Origin: Bacilli bacterium | Lineage (GTDB): Bacteria; Bacillota_I; Bacilli_A; RFN20; CAG-288 | Assembly: GCA_900770925.1 (NCBI GenBank) | Contig: CAAGLY010000013.1 | Location: 182 to 64,181 of the forward strand | Length of the DNA stretch: 64,000 nucleotides | Direction: 5' to 3' | Shown here: positions 55,028 to 64,000 of the stretch, piece by piece | How the letters are laid out: every line of letters begins with the position of its first letter | How positions within the stretch are numbered: the stretch's first letter is position 1 | The notes under the pieces: model-generated | The model's database searches: none | The model's input: the letters and a program-made list of their open reading frames with translations, nothing else | Told to the model about the DNA's origin: nothing | Made by a program: the position numbers and the translations under genes

Positions 55028-56741
55028 TGTCTTTCACCTCCGAAAGCGGAATATTTATTTCAATCCTCGTTCCGTCATCGGGTGAGGATTCAATCTTGAT
55101 GTCTGCTTTTTCTCCGTAATAAATGCGTAAACGCTGATAGACATTCGAGATTCCTACTCCGTTATGGATGTTCTTATCCTTCCTGGATTTCTTGATCTCT
55201 TCCAGCTTCTCCGGAAGGATTCCGCATCCATTGTCCTTAATGGTGAACTTAAGGAAACCTTCCTGGGTATATCCTTTGATGAAAATCCTGGCCTTATGGT
55301 CTGTCGTCTCCCCAAAACCATGGACGATGGCGTTCTCGACAATCGGCTGAAGAATCAGCTTGATAATCGGAAGGTTCCTGATTTTATCCTCAGCATCAAT
55401 CTCAAAGCCGAACGTCTCTCCAAAGCGCATCTTCTGAATCTGAAGATAGTATTTGACATGGCTTAGTTCATCCTTGACCGGAATGATATTCTTTCCCCGG
55501 GAGATTGAGATGCGGAAGAAACGGGAGAGAGCCACAATCCTATTCTGTGCCTTCTCCTTTTCGTCTTCATCAATCAGATAGATGATAGAATCAAGGGTGT
55601 TATAGAGGAAATGCGGATTAATCTGATTCTGTAAAGCTCTTAATTCCGCTTTATTCCTTTCTTTCTGTTCTTCTAGAATCTCCGTTGCCAGGTTATGGAT
55701 TTTATTCCTCCTCTTTTCAAAGGAACGGTTAAGAGACTCGATTTCCTTAGTTCCCTTCTTATCAAAGCTGCTCTGAATCTGGAAATCGAGGTTCTCAACG
55801 TTTTCCCTCTCTTTCTGAAGACGGACAAGAGGAGTGGAAATCTGCGTAGAGACCAAGAAAAAGATGAAGAGGAAGACAAGTAAGATAACCAAAGAATAAA
55901 TACCGCAGTTAATCAGGAACGTTTTCTTTGTTTCATATAGTTCATTTATGTTTGTTTTTATAGCAACTCTCCATCTTGTCTTTGGAATGGTTGAAATAAA
56001 AAGAAAGAAGGAGTCTCTGCTTTCTTCATATGACGTGCTTCCGATAACTGTATCGGAGATTATCTTCTTTTCCTTATCCGTGACCGTCCCCGAGCAATAG
56101 ACAAGCCGGCCGTCATTATCGTAAATATAGACATGTCCGCCTTTTCCAAGGCGGGTCTCATCAATGATAGAGGCAATCGAGTCGAACTGATAGACAATAT
56201 GGATAACGGCAACGTTCTTGCCGTTATCGTATTCAAAATATTTTGAAACATTGAACAGAGATGCCGAATCCACACGGGAAAAGACATTTAAGGAAGGAGT
56301 AGTAAAAGAAGCGATGAACCAGTTTTCCAGTCTTACTTCCTCCTTGCTTTTTTCGTTTTTGAAGTTGCTGGATGAGGCAATCAGATTACCCTGTTCATCA
56401 AAAAGAGAAAGAGAGCTGATAGAAGGCGTGATGATACGGATTTCATCAAAGAAATTATCCGCTGTTTCCGTGATGGTTTCCTCTGTTTCATTCACTAGGC
56501 GTTTCTGAATGGCATCAGAGGCATTGACGACTTCACTGATATAGTTAGAATAATTCGAGATTGCCTGTTCTGAGGTAGAAACAACCTGTTCCCTGTAGGT
56601 GTTCTCCACATTACCGGAATAGGTGAAGGTAACAATCCTGAACCTTCCGGCAATTAAAAAGAGAAAGCTGATAACAAAGACAGTAAATAGCTCCGTCTTT
56701 AAAGACAGACGGCTATGAAAGCTTCTTTTTCCGGTAGTCAT
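55017..56741 (-). CDS. sensor histidine kinase (YesM/LytS-type His_kinase plus HATPase_c) with extracellular sensor domain
   Basis: It has two TM helices flanking an ectodomain of about 270 aa, then LQNQINPHFLYNTLDSI (the His box of the His_kinase family), and ENAIVHG and DNGCGI (N and G boxes). The start is set at the ATG at 56741 (MTTGKRSF), overlapping the regulator gene by 29 nt. Confidence 0.8.
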   Translation of the reverse strand: MTTGKRSFHSRLSLKTELFTVFVISFLFLIAGRFRIVTFTYSGNVENTYREQVVSTSEQAISNYSNYISEVVNASDAIQKRLVNETEETITETADNFFDEIRIITPSISSLSLFDEQGNLIASSSNFKNEKSKEEVRLENWFIASFTTPSLNVFSRVDSASLFNVSKYFEYDNGKNVAVIHIVYQFDSIASIIDETRLGKGGHVYIYDNDGRLVYCSGTVTDKEKKIISDTVIGSTSYEESRDSFFLFISTIPKTRWRVAIKTNINELYETKKTFLINCGIYSLVILLVFLFIFFLVSTQISTPLVRLQKERENVENLDFQIQSSFDKKGTKEIESLNRSFEKRRNKIHNLATEILEEQKERNKAELRALQNQINPHFLYNTLDSIIYLIDEDEKEKAQNRIVALSRFFRISISRGKNIIPVKDELSHVKYYLQIQKMRFGETFGFEIDAEDKIRNLPIIKLILQPIVENAIVHGFGETTDHKARIFIKGYTQEGFLKFTIKDNGCGILPEKLEEIKKSRKDKNIHNGVGISNVYQRLRIYYGEKADIKIESSPDDGTRIEINIPLSEVKDNEE

Positions 56742-58308
56742 CCGGTGACCTTCCCGTGTACTTCTTAAAACAGTGCGAGAAATAATAAGGATCCGCATAG
56801 CCGACGTCTCTCGCAATGGTGATAATCCGGTTATTCGCATTCGAAAGCAGATCAAGCGCCTTCTTCCTTCTAAGTTCCGTCATCCTCTTAGTGAATGATT
56901 TTCCGTTTTTCTTTAGAATAGCGGAAATGTAACTAACAGAATAAGCAAGCTCATTAGCAACATCATCAATAGACAGACCAGGATTCGTGAAGTTTGCTTC
57001 TAAGAATTTCTGTATCCGTTCATAGGAGGATTCAAGTCCGGAAAGACGCTTGGATTCATTGACTTTGATTACCCGCTCTGCAATCTGATAATAGTACTCA
57101 ATTAACGAAGTGGGCGTCTTTATCCGATAGAGAGTGTCCCTGATTTCAATATGAGAGTCGAATCCTAGGTAGAAATCATTGAGGGAGATACAGGCTTTGA
57201 GGAGAGCATCAAGAATGTTCGAGAGAATGTAGTTATAGTTTTCCTTATACTGGGGGGTAGAAATCTGTAGGATCAGCTTCTTGATTTTCTCTTCTGCCTC
57301 TTCCTTCTTCCCGTAAGAGAGAAAGTAAGTAAGGTTACGGTATTCGTTCTCATCGACCTTGCCGCTGTTCCCGCTATCATTCTCCTCTTTCTCTAAGTCC
57401 GCAAAAGAAAAGACCATGTTCTGTCCTAAGACAGTCCGGTATTCAAGAGAACGTTTGGCATGGCGGAACAGTTTCCGGTAGTTAATCGGTTTTTCCCTGA
57501 TATCGCTGACACCGCAGGAGATTGAGATATTTCCTCCGCGTTTCACCCTAGCTAAGATACTATTCAGAGATAGAATCAGCTCTTCGCCATTCACCTTCTT
57601 ATCACTTTCTAAGAGAAGGACAAACTGGTTATCGTTCAGGAACTGATAATAGGTAAACCGTCCGTCTCCGAATTCCTTATCGATATTCTTCTTCAGGAAG
57701 AAGTAGAAAAGATCCTGCTGTTCGAATCCAAGGTCCTCCTTATCGGAATCAAAGACAATAATCCTCTGATACTCGTGATTAAGATCAATTCCGTCCTCAA
57801 CAAGTTTTCCGTTGAAGTTATCACTGATTTCCTTCACTTTAATCAGAAGATTCAGATCTTCAGACTGAAGGAAGCGAACAGAGTCCCTTGCTTTCTGTTC
57901 CAGATTCTTCCTGTTCCTATCCTTGTGATACTGATTATCGAGAATTTCCTTTGCTTTATTCAGCGTAGAAAGAAGCTCATCCTTAAACACCGGCTTAGTC
58001 AGATAGCCGACCACTCCCAAGGAAATGGCTTCCTTAGCATAGTCAAAGGAATCATATCCGGAAACAATGATGGACTGAATCAGAGGAAGTTCCCTTTTGA
58101 AGTGCTTGATCAGATCAATTCCATCGACATACGGCATGCGGATATCCGTGATCAGGATATCCGGAGCCAAAGAGATTCCGTTCTCCGATGCATCGTATCC
58201 ATTCTCAAAACAGCCAACGACCTCAAACTGGTCGCTGAGCTTAGTCAGAATCGATTTCAATCGGCTTCGGACAGACTCTTCGTCATCCGCAATAATTACC
58301 CGGTACAT
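56713..58308 (-). CDS. response regulator with AraC-type HTH output (YesN-like)
   Basis: 531 aa with a receiver domain (VIIADDE, DILITDIRMP, TKP) and a C-terminal HTH_18/AraC domain (GYADPYYFSHCFKKYTGRSPDDYR). Confidence 0.85.
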   Translation of the reverse strand: MYRVIIADDEESVRSRLKSILTKLSDQFEVVGCFENGYDASENGISLAPDILITDIRMPYVDGIDLIKHFKRELPLIQSIIVSGYDSFDYAKEAISLGVVGYLTKPVFKDELLSTLNKAKEILDNQYHKDRNRKNLEQKARDSVRFLQSEDLNLLIKVKEISDNFNGKLVEDGIDLNHEYQRIIVFDSDKEDLGFEQQDLFYFFLKKNIDKEFGDGRFTYYQFLNDNQFVLLLESDKKVNGEELILSLNSILARVKRGGNISISCGVSDIREKPINYRKLFRHAKRSLEYRTVLGQNMVFSFADLEKEENDSGNSGKVDENEYRNLTYFLSYGKKEEAEEKIKKLILQISTPQYKENYNYILSNILDALLKACISLNDFYLGFDSHIEIRDTLYRIKTPTSLIEYYYQIAERVIKVNESKRLSGLESSYERIQKFLEANFTNPGLSIDDVANELAYSVSYISAILKKNGKSFTKRMTELRRKKALDLLSNANNRIITIARDVGYADPYYFSHCFKKYTGRSPDDYRKKKLS

Positions 58309-58488
58309 GTATTTCCTTTGAATCCGTTGATTTCCTTCTAGTAGAGATTATACGGCATAAAGGGCTTTCTGTGCAGAAAAACGCCTGTTTTCCTCTGTTT
58401 CGGAAGAACAGAGTTTAAACAGCTCTCTTCTTTCAATTCGAAAAACATCCAGACTTTCTTAGAAAGATACACAAGAAGAGAAAAGCTA

Positions 58489-58517
58489 TTCAAGAAAGCG
58501 GTTAGATGTTTTATAGT
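58489..58517 (+). promoter_or_regulatory. candidate galKT promoter overlapping a cre-like box
   Basis: TTCAAG (58489-58494), a 17-nt spacer, then TATAGT (58512-58517). The spacer contains AGAAAGCGGTTAGA, which has 2 mismatches to TGAAAGCGGTTACA-type cre sites. SD AGGAGA lies 9 nt before the ATG. Confidence 0.4.
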
Positions 58518-58543
58518 ATCATTCGGATTAGGAGAAAATTTTC

Positions 58544-59707
58544 ATGGATCTGAATCAACTCATTAAATCATTTGAAACAACATTCCCAGAAGCAGGAGAG
58601 CCTCGGTTATACAGGGCTCCCGGACGGGTGAACCTCATCGGAGAACACATCGACTATAACGGAGGACATGTCTTCCCCTGCGCCTTAAGCGTCGGAAACT
58701 ATGGCGTAGTCTCTGACCGCGAAGACAAAGAACTTCATCTCTTCAGCGAAAACTTCGCTGATAAAGGCATCGTCATTTCCGATATCGGTTCCATCGAATA
58801 CAGAAAAGAAGACGGCTGGACCAACTATGTCAAAGGCGTGGTCAAGGCCTTCCTTGATCACGGACACAAAATCAGCCATGGTTTTAATATCTATGTCAAA
58901 GGAAATATCCCCGGTTCCGGATTATCTTCAAGCGCTGCCTTGGAAGTCCTTGCTGCCACGATCCTCAATGACACGTTCTCCTTCGGATTAGACGGAACGA
59001 CAATCTCCCTCTATTCCCAGGAAGCCGAGAACAAGTTCTGTGGCAGGAACTGCGGAATCAGGGATCAGTTCGCTTCGGCAAACGGAAAGAAGGATAGGGC
59101 ACTTTTCTTAGACTGCGCTACGCTTAGCTGCACCTATGTCCCTCTCCATCTCAAAGGATATAAGATTATCGTTACAAACTCCAATAAGCCTCATAACTTA
59201 GTCACTTCCCACTACAACGACCGCAGAAAAGAGTGCGAGGAAGCTCTTCATGACTTACAGAAGGAACTGAAGATCAAGAACCTCTGTGAACTCACACCGG
59301 AAGAATTCGGAAAACATGAGCATCTGATCAAGAACGATATCTGCCGTCAGCGTGCCAGATTCGCTGTCGAAGAGGAAGACCGGACAAAGAAAGCCGTTGT
59401 TGCTCTTCAGAATGATGACCTTCTCACTTTCGGCAGACTGATCAACGAATCCGGAGACGGACTACGTTATGCCTATGATGCCACCTGTAAAGAAATCGAC
59501 ATCCTTGTCGATGAGGCAAGAAAACAGGATGGATGCATCGGTTCCCGTGAGACCGGAGGAGGTTGGGGAGGTAATACGATATCCATCGTCAAAGAAGATA
59601 AAGTCGATGCGTTTATCCTGAATGTAGGCAAAGCCTATAAGGAAAAGAGCGGACTGAGAGCAGACTTTTCCCTGCTTGATGTCGACGATGGCGGAAAGAG
59701 GCTCTGA
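58544..59707 (+). CDS. galK: galactokinase
   Basis: 387 aa with GRVNLIGEHIDYNGG, GSGLSSSAALEV and CGI-(AGG)-DQ (the GHMP/galactokinase signatures). Confidence 0.95.
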   Translation: MDLNQLIKSFETTFPEAGEPRLYRAPGRVNLIGEHIDYNGGHVFPCALSVGNYGVVSDREDKELHLFSENFADKGIVISDIGSIEYRKEDGWTNYVKGVVKAFLDHGHKISHGFNIYVKGNIPGSGLSSSAALEVLAATILNDTFSFGLDGTTISLYSQEAENKFCGRNCGIRDQFASANGKKDRALFLDCATLSCTYVPLHLKGYKIIVTNSNKPHNLVTSHYNDRRKECEEALHDLQKELKIKNLCELTPEEFGKHEHLIKNDICRQRARFAVEEEDRTKKAVVALQNDDLLTFGRLINESGDGLRYAYDATCKEIDILVDEARKQDGCIGSRETGGGWGGNTISIVKEDKVDAFILNVGKAYKEKSGLRADFSLLDVDDGGKRL

Positions 59708-61215
59708 TGAATATCCACTCTAGTATCAAGAAGCTGGCTTCCTATGCCTTAAACAAGCAGCTGATCAGTCAAGAAGAGTATTACTACAGCATCAACCTTC
59801 TTTTGGATGTCCTTGATTTAGATGAGTTCGAAGATGACGGAAAAGAATACAGGAATGTCTCTTTGGAAGAGACATTAACAGAAATACTTGATTACGCCTA
59901 CGAAAAGAAAATCCTCAAGGAAAACAGTGTCGTCTATCAGGATCTGCTAACCGCGAAAATCAGGAACTGTTTTACTCCCCGTCCGGATGAAGTGGTCCGC
60001 AAATTCAATGAACTAGAAAAAGTCGGTTCTGAAAAGGCAACTGATTATTTCTATAACCTATCCATCAATAGCGACTATATCAGGTCTTATCGTATTGAGA
60101 AAGATCTCAGCTGGAAGACACCCTCTCCATACGGAGATTTAGATATCACCATCAATCTTTCTAAACCGGAAAAAGATCCTAAAGCCATCGCTGCTGCAAA
60201 GTTGAGGAAACAGACGAGCTATCCAAAGTGCTTCCTCTGCAAAGAGAACAGGGGATACCGGGGCACCCTTACTCATCCGGCAAGAGAAACAATCCGATAC
60301 ATTCCGCTCAAATTATCCGGAGGAGACTATTATCTCCAGTACTCGCCTTACTCTTATTATCCAGAGCACTGCATTGTCTTCAACAAAGAACATATCCCTA
60401 GGATAGTCAACCGGAAGACCTTCGAGCACTTAGTGGACTTTGTCGACCTTTTCCCGCATTACAGGCTTGGTTCTAACGCAGACCTTCCTATCGTCGGAGG
60501 AAGTATCCTGACTCACGATCACTACCAAGGCGGGAGATATATCTTCCCGATGTTCTTAGCAAAGGATGTTTTCTCTTTCACGTTCAAAGGATATGAAAAC
60601 ATTAAGGCAAGCTATCTTTACTGGCCTCTTTCCGTTATCCGTCTGAAAGCAGAAAACAAAGAAGAACTCATCAATCTCTCTGATAAGATTCTGAACTGCT
60701 GGCGTGAATATAGTGATGAGAGCTGCTTCATTCTCGCTCACACAGACAGCACTCCTCATAACACAATCACTCCTATTCTTCATAAAGAAGGAAACGAATT
60801 CATCAGGGATTTGACTCTTAGAAACAACATCACGACAGAACAGTATCCATTAGGTGTCTACCATCCGCATCAGGAATACTGGAACATCAAAAAAGAGAAT
60901 ATCGGTCTTATCGAAGTCATGGGCCGTGCTATTCTTCCTTCCCGTCTGAAAGAGGAAAGGAAAATCGTTGCAGAAAGGGTCAAAGACGGAAAAGACCTGA
61001 ACGAGAATCCAAGTGTTGCAAAGCATACTTCTTGGTTAAACCAGTTCCAGGATCGTTTCAACGGAAAACAAAGCCTAAAAGAAATCGATTCTATCTTGGA
61101 AGAGGAAATCGGTCATACCTTCCAACATGTCCTTGAATGTGCCGGTGTCTATAAGCAAAACGAAGAAGGATATGAAGGCGTAAAGCGTTTTATCCAGTTC
61201 GTCAACAAAGACTAG
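59707..61215 (+). CDS. galT: galactose-1-phosphate uridylyltransferase (type 2, Gram-positive form)
   Basis: 502 aa. The length and motifs (KCFLCKEN, YYPEHCIVFN, LTHDHYQGG) are typical of the roughly 500-aa GalT family. Its start overlaps the galK stop (TGATG). Confidence 0.9.
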   Translation: MNIHSSIKKLASYALNKQLISQEEYYYSINLLLDVLDLDEFEDDGKEYRNVSLEETLTEILDYAYEKKILKENSVVYQDLLTAKIRNCFTPRPDEVVRKFNELEKVGSEKATDYFYNLSINSDYIRSYRIEKDLSWKTPSPYGDLDITINLSKPEKDPKAIAAAKLRKQTSYPKCFLCKENRGYRGTLTHPARETIRYIPLKLSGGDYYLQYSPYSYYPEHCIVFNKEHIPRIVNRKTFEHLVDFVDLFPHYRLGSNADLPIVGGSILTHDHYQGGRYIFPMFLAKDVFSFTFKGYENIKASYLYWPLSVIRLKAENKEELINLSDKILNCWREYSDESCFILAHTDSTPHNTITPILHKEGNEFIRDLTLRNNITTEQYPLGVYHPHQEYWNIKKENIGLIEVMGRAILPSRLKEERKIVAERVKDGKDLNENPSVAKHTSWLNQFQDRFNGKQSLKEIDSILEEEIGHTFQHVLECAGVYKQNEEGYEGVKRFIQFVNKD

Positions 61216-61236
61216 CCAATCATCACCGAAAGAAAG

Positions 61237-61260
61237 GCCGCCCTACAAGGCGGCTTTTTC
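61237..61260 (+). terminator. intrinsic terminator after galT
   Basis: Stem gccgcc (61237-61242) pairs with ggcggc (61249-61254), followed by TTTTT. Confidence 0.65.
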
Positions 61261-61296
61261 AAAAAAATTCCGGAAGAGGGTGCCCGGAACTTTTTT
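61261..61296. terminator. second, bidirectional hairpin terminator between galT and rhaD
   Basis: Stem ttccgg (61268-61273) pairs with ccggaa (61284-61289), flanked by an A-run (61261-61267) and a T-run (61291-61296). Confidence 0.5.
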
Positions 61297-61321
61297 GTGT
61301 TCCATCGTATTCTATAGATTA

Positions 61322-62173
61322 TTAATGATTTTCTTTTACAGAAAGGAAATCCCAGCGAACAATATTTTCGAGTTTAAAGAGATGAATCAGCTCTAACCTA
61401 TTTTCGTCCGTGATGGTGTTAATAATTTTCCGTTCACCAATCAGGTTGTAGATCTGTGCTGCTTTTTCAACAGTTTCAATCAAACCGAAAGTTTCATCCA
61501 GAGTCTTACCAGCCCCATAAATACCATGTCCTGCCCAGACAACAATGCGGAAGCTCTTCCTCTTTTCAGCAGTGGCCTGACCAATCGAATCGGTTCCACA
61601 GAGCATCCAAGGAAGAACACCAACCCCTTCTGGATAAACGACGATGCATTCGGTAGACCTCTGCCATAAAGTATGCGAGAACTTAGCTTCATCCAGTGGA
61701 TGGACATAGGTCCTTGCAAGAAGGTTCGTCGGGTGGCAATGCCTGACAACACGATGCTCTGGATCTTTTTCAAGACGTGCCCTATGGGACATCAAATGGG
61801 CAGGAAGCTCGGAAGTAAATCTTCCACCATCTTTATATCCCCATAAGAGTTCGGCATTCTGTCCGTCTTTGGCAATGCGGATGATTCCAACATTGTTTTC
61901 CGGATCTCCTTCGATGTTCTTCAAATACTTTCCTGTACCTGTGACTAAGAAAATCTTTCCTGCTAGTTTGCTTGCATTTAAAGAAGAACGATTTACGCCA
62001 GCAAAAGGAATCACACGGATAACATGATTCAAATCCAAGTATTCCTTTACTTCCTCTTCTTTCAACAGATAGGAAATATTTCCACCATTTCTTTCATCCC
62101 ATCCAAGGCGGTACCTATTCGATGCCGTCTTCTCAAACTCGACTAAAAAAGGTGCTTTTAAAATATCTTTCAT
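61322..62173 (-). CDS. rhaD: rhamnulose-1-phosphate aldolase (class II aldolase family)
   Basis: 283 aa. GWDERNGGNIS, HCHPTNL and GHGIY are typical of RhaD. It is adjacent to rhaA and rhaB. Confidence 0.85.
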   Translation of the reverse strand: MKDILKAPFLVEFEKTASNRYRLGWDERNGGNISYLLKEEEVKEYLDLNHVIRVIPFAGVNRSSLNASKLAGKIFLVTGTGKYLKNIEGDPENNVGIIRIAKDGQNAELLWGYKDGGRFTSELPAHLMSHRARLEKDPEHRVVRHCHPTNLLARTYVHPLDEAKFSHTLWQRSTECIVVYPEGVGVLPWMLCGTDSIGQATAEKRKSFRIVVWAGHGIYGAGKTLDETFGLIETVEKAAQIYNLIGERKIINTITDENRLELIHLFKLENIVRWDFLSVKENH

Positions 62174-62176
62174 TTT

Positions 62177-63442
62177 TTATCTCCGTTTCGATAAGACATC
62201 ATTTTCATACCGAATTGCTTCCGTATAGTAGTCTTCTTCTAATCCCTGGCGAAGCAGATATTCCTGCCAGATTGCAGAGAAGGGAAGCCTCTTTGCTCTT
62301 TCCTGTAGGAACCTAAGTTTCGAGAAGTCTGCTTCATCCTGAAGGGTTTTCCTCTCTTCATTGGGAAGTGTAGCAGCATAGAGAAGTGCTTTCTGCCTAG
62401 ACCGTTCGCCAGTGACCCATGCAATAATACGGTTGATAGAGGCATCGAAATAATCCAGTCCGATAATGACTCTCTGATCCGCATGATTCCGGATGATTTC
62501 TTTTGCGACTTCTTTTAATTCATCATCAAAGAGAACAACGTGATCGGAATCCCAACGGACAGGACGTGAAACATGAAGAGCAACCTTATCATGGAAGGCA
62601 AGAAGAGCAGAGATCTTGTCCGAGACATACTCTGTCGGATGATAGTGTCCCCTGTCCCTCAGACAGGAAATATGGTTCCTAGCAGCATAGTTCTGATAGA
62701 ATTCATTGCTTCCGACCGTAAAGGATTCCAGTCCAATACCAAAAGTCTTCGATTCAACAGCCGGGAGAACATATTTCTTATCATAAGGATAAGAAAGAAT
62801 TTCATCTAAGGACTTCTTTAAACGAAGACGTGGATTCAAACGATCCGCAGGAACATCCTTATAGCCATCTGGAATCCAGATATCCATTAAGGCCTGGGTA
62901 TGGAACGCTTTTCCTAATTCCTCTGTGATCTTAAGACAGGAAATACCATGCCGGACCCAAAACTCACGGACATTCTCATTTGGAGAAGATAAGGTCAGAT
63001 TATCTTTCACCATCGGATGTGAAAAATAAGTCGGATTAAAGTCTAAACCTGCTAAGCCGATTTCCTTTCCAAACTCAATCCATGGCTTGAAGTAATCAAT
63101 GGTGTACTCATCACGGTCCACCTTTCCTTTATCCTTTCCTAAGAAGGCATAGGAAGCATGAAGATTCAAGCGTTTGACACCTGGCCTTAAAAAGAAAGCC
63201 TCTTTGATATCTGCCCTAAGTTCTTCTGGTGTCCGGGCACGTCCTTTGTAATTTCCCGTTGTCTGGATTCCACCAGCAAGAGAATCCGAACCATCAAATC
63301 CTAAAACATCATTGCCTTGCCAGCAATGAACAGAGACCGGAATCTTAGCGACACGTTCTATCGCCTTCTCCGTATCAATTCCGAATTCAGCATATTCTTT
63401 CCTTGCTTCCTGGTAATTCTTCTCAATCTGTTCTTTATTCAT
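62177..63442 (-). CDS. rhaA: L-rhamnose isomerase
   Basis: 421 aa with VSVHCWQGNDV.GF and HVSRPVRWDSDHVV motifs characteristic of RhaA. Confidence 0.9.
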   Translation of the reverse strand: MNKEQIEKNYQEARKEYAEFGIDTEKAIERVAKIPVSVHCWQGNDVLGFDGSDSLAGGIQTTGNYKGRARTPEELRADIKEAFFLRPGVKRLNLHASYAFLGKDKGKVDRDEYTIDYFKPWIEFGKEIGLAGLDFNPTYFSHPMVKDNLTLSSPNENVREFWVRHGISCLKITEELGKAFHTQALMDIWIPDGYKDVPADRLNPRLRLKKSLDEILSYPYDKKYVLPAVESKTFGIGLESFTVGSNEFYQNYAARNHISCLRDRGHYHPTEYVSDKISALLAFHDKVALHVSRPVRWDSDHVVLFDDELKEVAKEIIRNHADQRVIIGLDYFDASINRIIAWVTGERSRQKALLYAATLPNEERKTLQDEADFSKLRFLQERAKRLPFSAIWQEYLLRQGLEEDYYTEAIRYENDVLSKRR

Positions 63443-63444
63443 TC

Positions 63445-64000
63445 TTATTCTCCTTTATGAATTACTTTTTGATAAGACTCATATTTTTGTTTCCAATCTT
63501 CAACATCTTCCGGATAGAAGATCTGGCTATCAATAGACCTTCCAATCGCTTCTCTAGCTTCTACCCTGTTTTTGTAGACGCCATGATGAAGAAATTGACA
63601 TACACTATTTCCAAGAACAGTCGACTCACTGGAACCAGTCACTACTCTTCTTGCTAAAGAATTCGCCGTATACTGATTTAGAACGGAGGCTTGATTCCCG
63701 CCTCCGACAATCAATAGGGAATCTAGTTCCTGGCCTGTCAGAGCCAGAAGCTTATCGAAGATTGTCTTATAGGCAAGTGCCATAGAAACATAAATCCTCT
63801 TCCTCCTTTCACCAGGAGAGGCGGGCTTCTTCTGACCCGTCTTTTCAAGATAAGAATCAATTTTTCTTAGCCTGTCACCTGGTGTTTCAAAAAGCGGATC
63901 ATCCACATCAAGATAGGAATCCATATCCCCTGCCTTAAGAACTAGATCCTTGATTTCACTAACGGAAATCGGAATACCTTTTTTCTCGTAATCCTTTCTT
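63445..64000 (-). CDS. rhaB: rhamnulokinase (FGGY family), C-terminal part; the gene continues beyond the window
   Basis: The frame is open to the window edge. IVGGGNQASVLNQYTANSL...V.TGSSESTVLGN is the FGGY C-terminal domain. The gene sits next to rhaA and rhaD. Confidence 0.8.
   Translation of the reverse strand, partial: RKDYEKKGIPISVSEIKDLVLKAGDMDSYLDVDDPLFETPGDRLRKIDSYLEKTGQKKPASPGERRKRIYVSMALAYKTIFDKLLALTGQELDSLLIVGGGNQASVLNQYTANSLARRVVTGSSESTVLGNSVCQFLHHGVYKNRVEAREAIGRSIDSQIFYPEDVEDWKQKYESYQKVIHKGE

Overview
This 64-kb chromosomal window comes from a moderately AT-rich, Bacilli/Mollicutes-like genome. I call about 65 CDS, 4 tRNA genes (Ala-GGC, Ser-UGA, Val-GAC, Thr-GGU, all on the minus strand), several consensus sigma-70 promoters and many intrinsic terminators. 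No rRNA, CRISPR array or intact mobile element is visible.

Content from left to right:
- rpiB, tsaC and ftsH.
- An XRE-type membrane regulator, udk, and an LTA-synthase-like gene.
- A short AT-rich accessory patch next to tRNA genes.
- A complete F1Fo ATP synthase operon (atpI-like, then B, E, F, H, A, G, D, C).
- comEB, ecfA1, ecfA2, ecfT, truA, pgsA and spx.
- A CYTH-domain gene and nadK.
- A lipoprotein operon.
- maf, rnj and def.
- A ylbF-like gene, rsmD, coaD and hypB.
- rqcH, a type III glutamine synthetase, and lgt.
- A sugar block: a CUT2 ABC transporter, a binding-protein/kinase/AraC-regulator sensor, galKT and rhaDAB.

Main finding: AGG is used as a methionine codon, not arginine. 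AGG falls on invariant Met positions of AtpA, AtpD, GalK, FtsH and RNase J, and inside hydrophobic helices and signal peptides. Conserved Arg positions use CGN. AGG outnumbers ATG in atpD (10 versus 3). TGA, TAA and TAG remain stops. Every R in the supplied ORF track that derives from AGG should therefore be read as M.

Other notable items:
- The transporter's MglB-like binding lipoprotein is circularly permuted relative to its canonical paralog 200 bp away.
- Two copies of a 52-bp palindromic element bracket a Schlafen/AlbA_2-type gene.
- FtsH and MglC carry large extra domains.
- An orphan hypB is translationally coupled to coaD.
- Several short ORFs missing from the track have strong ribosome-binding sites.
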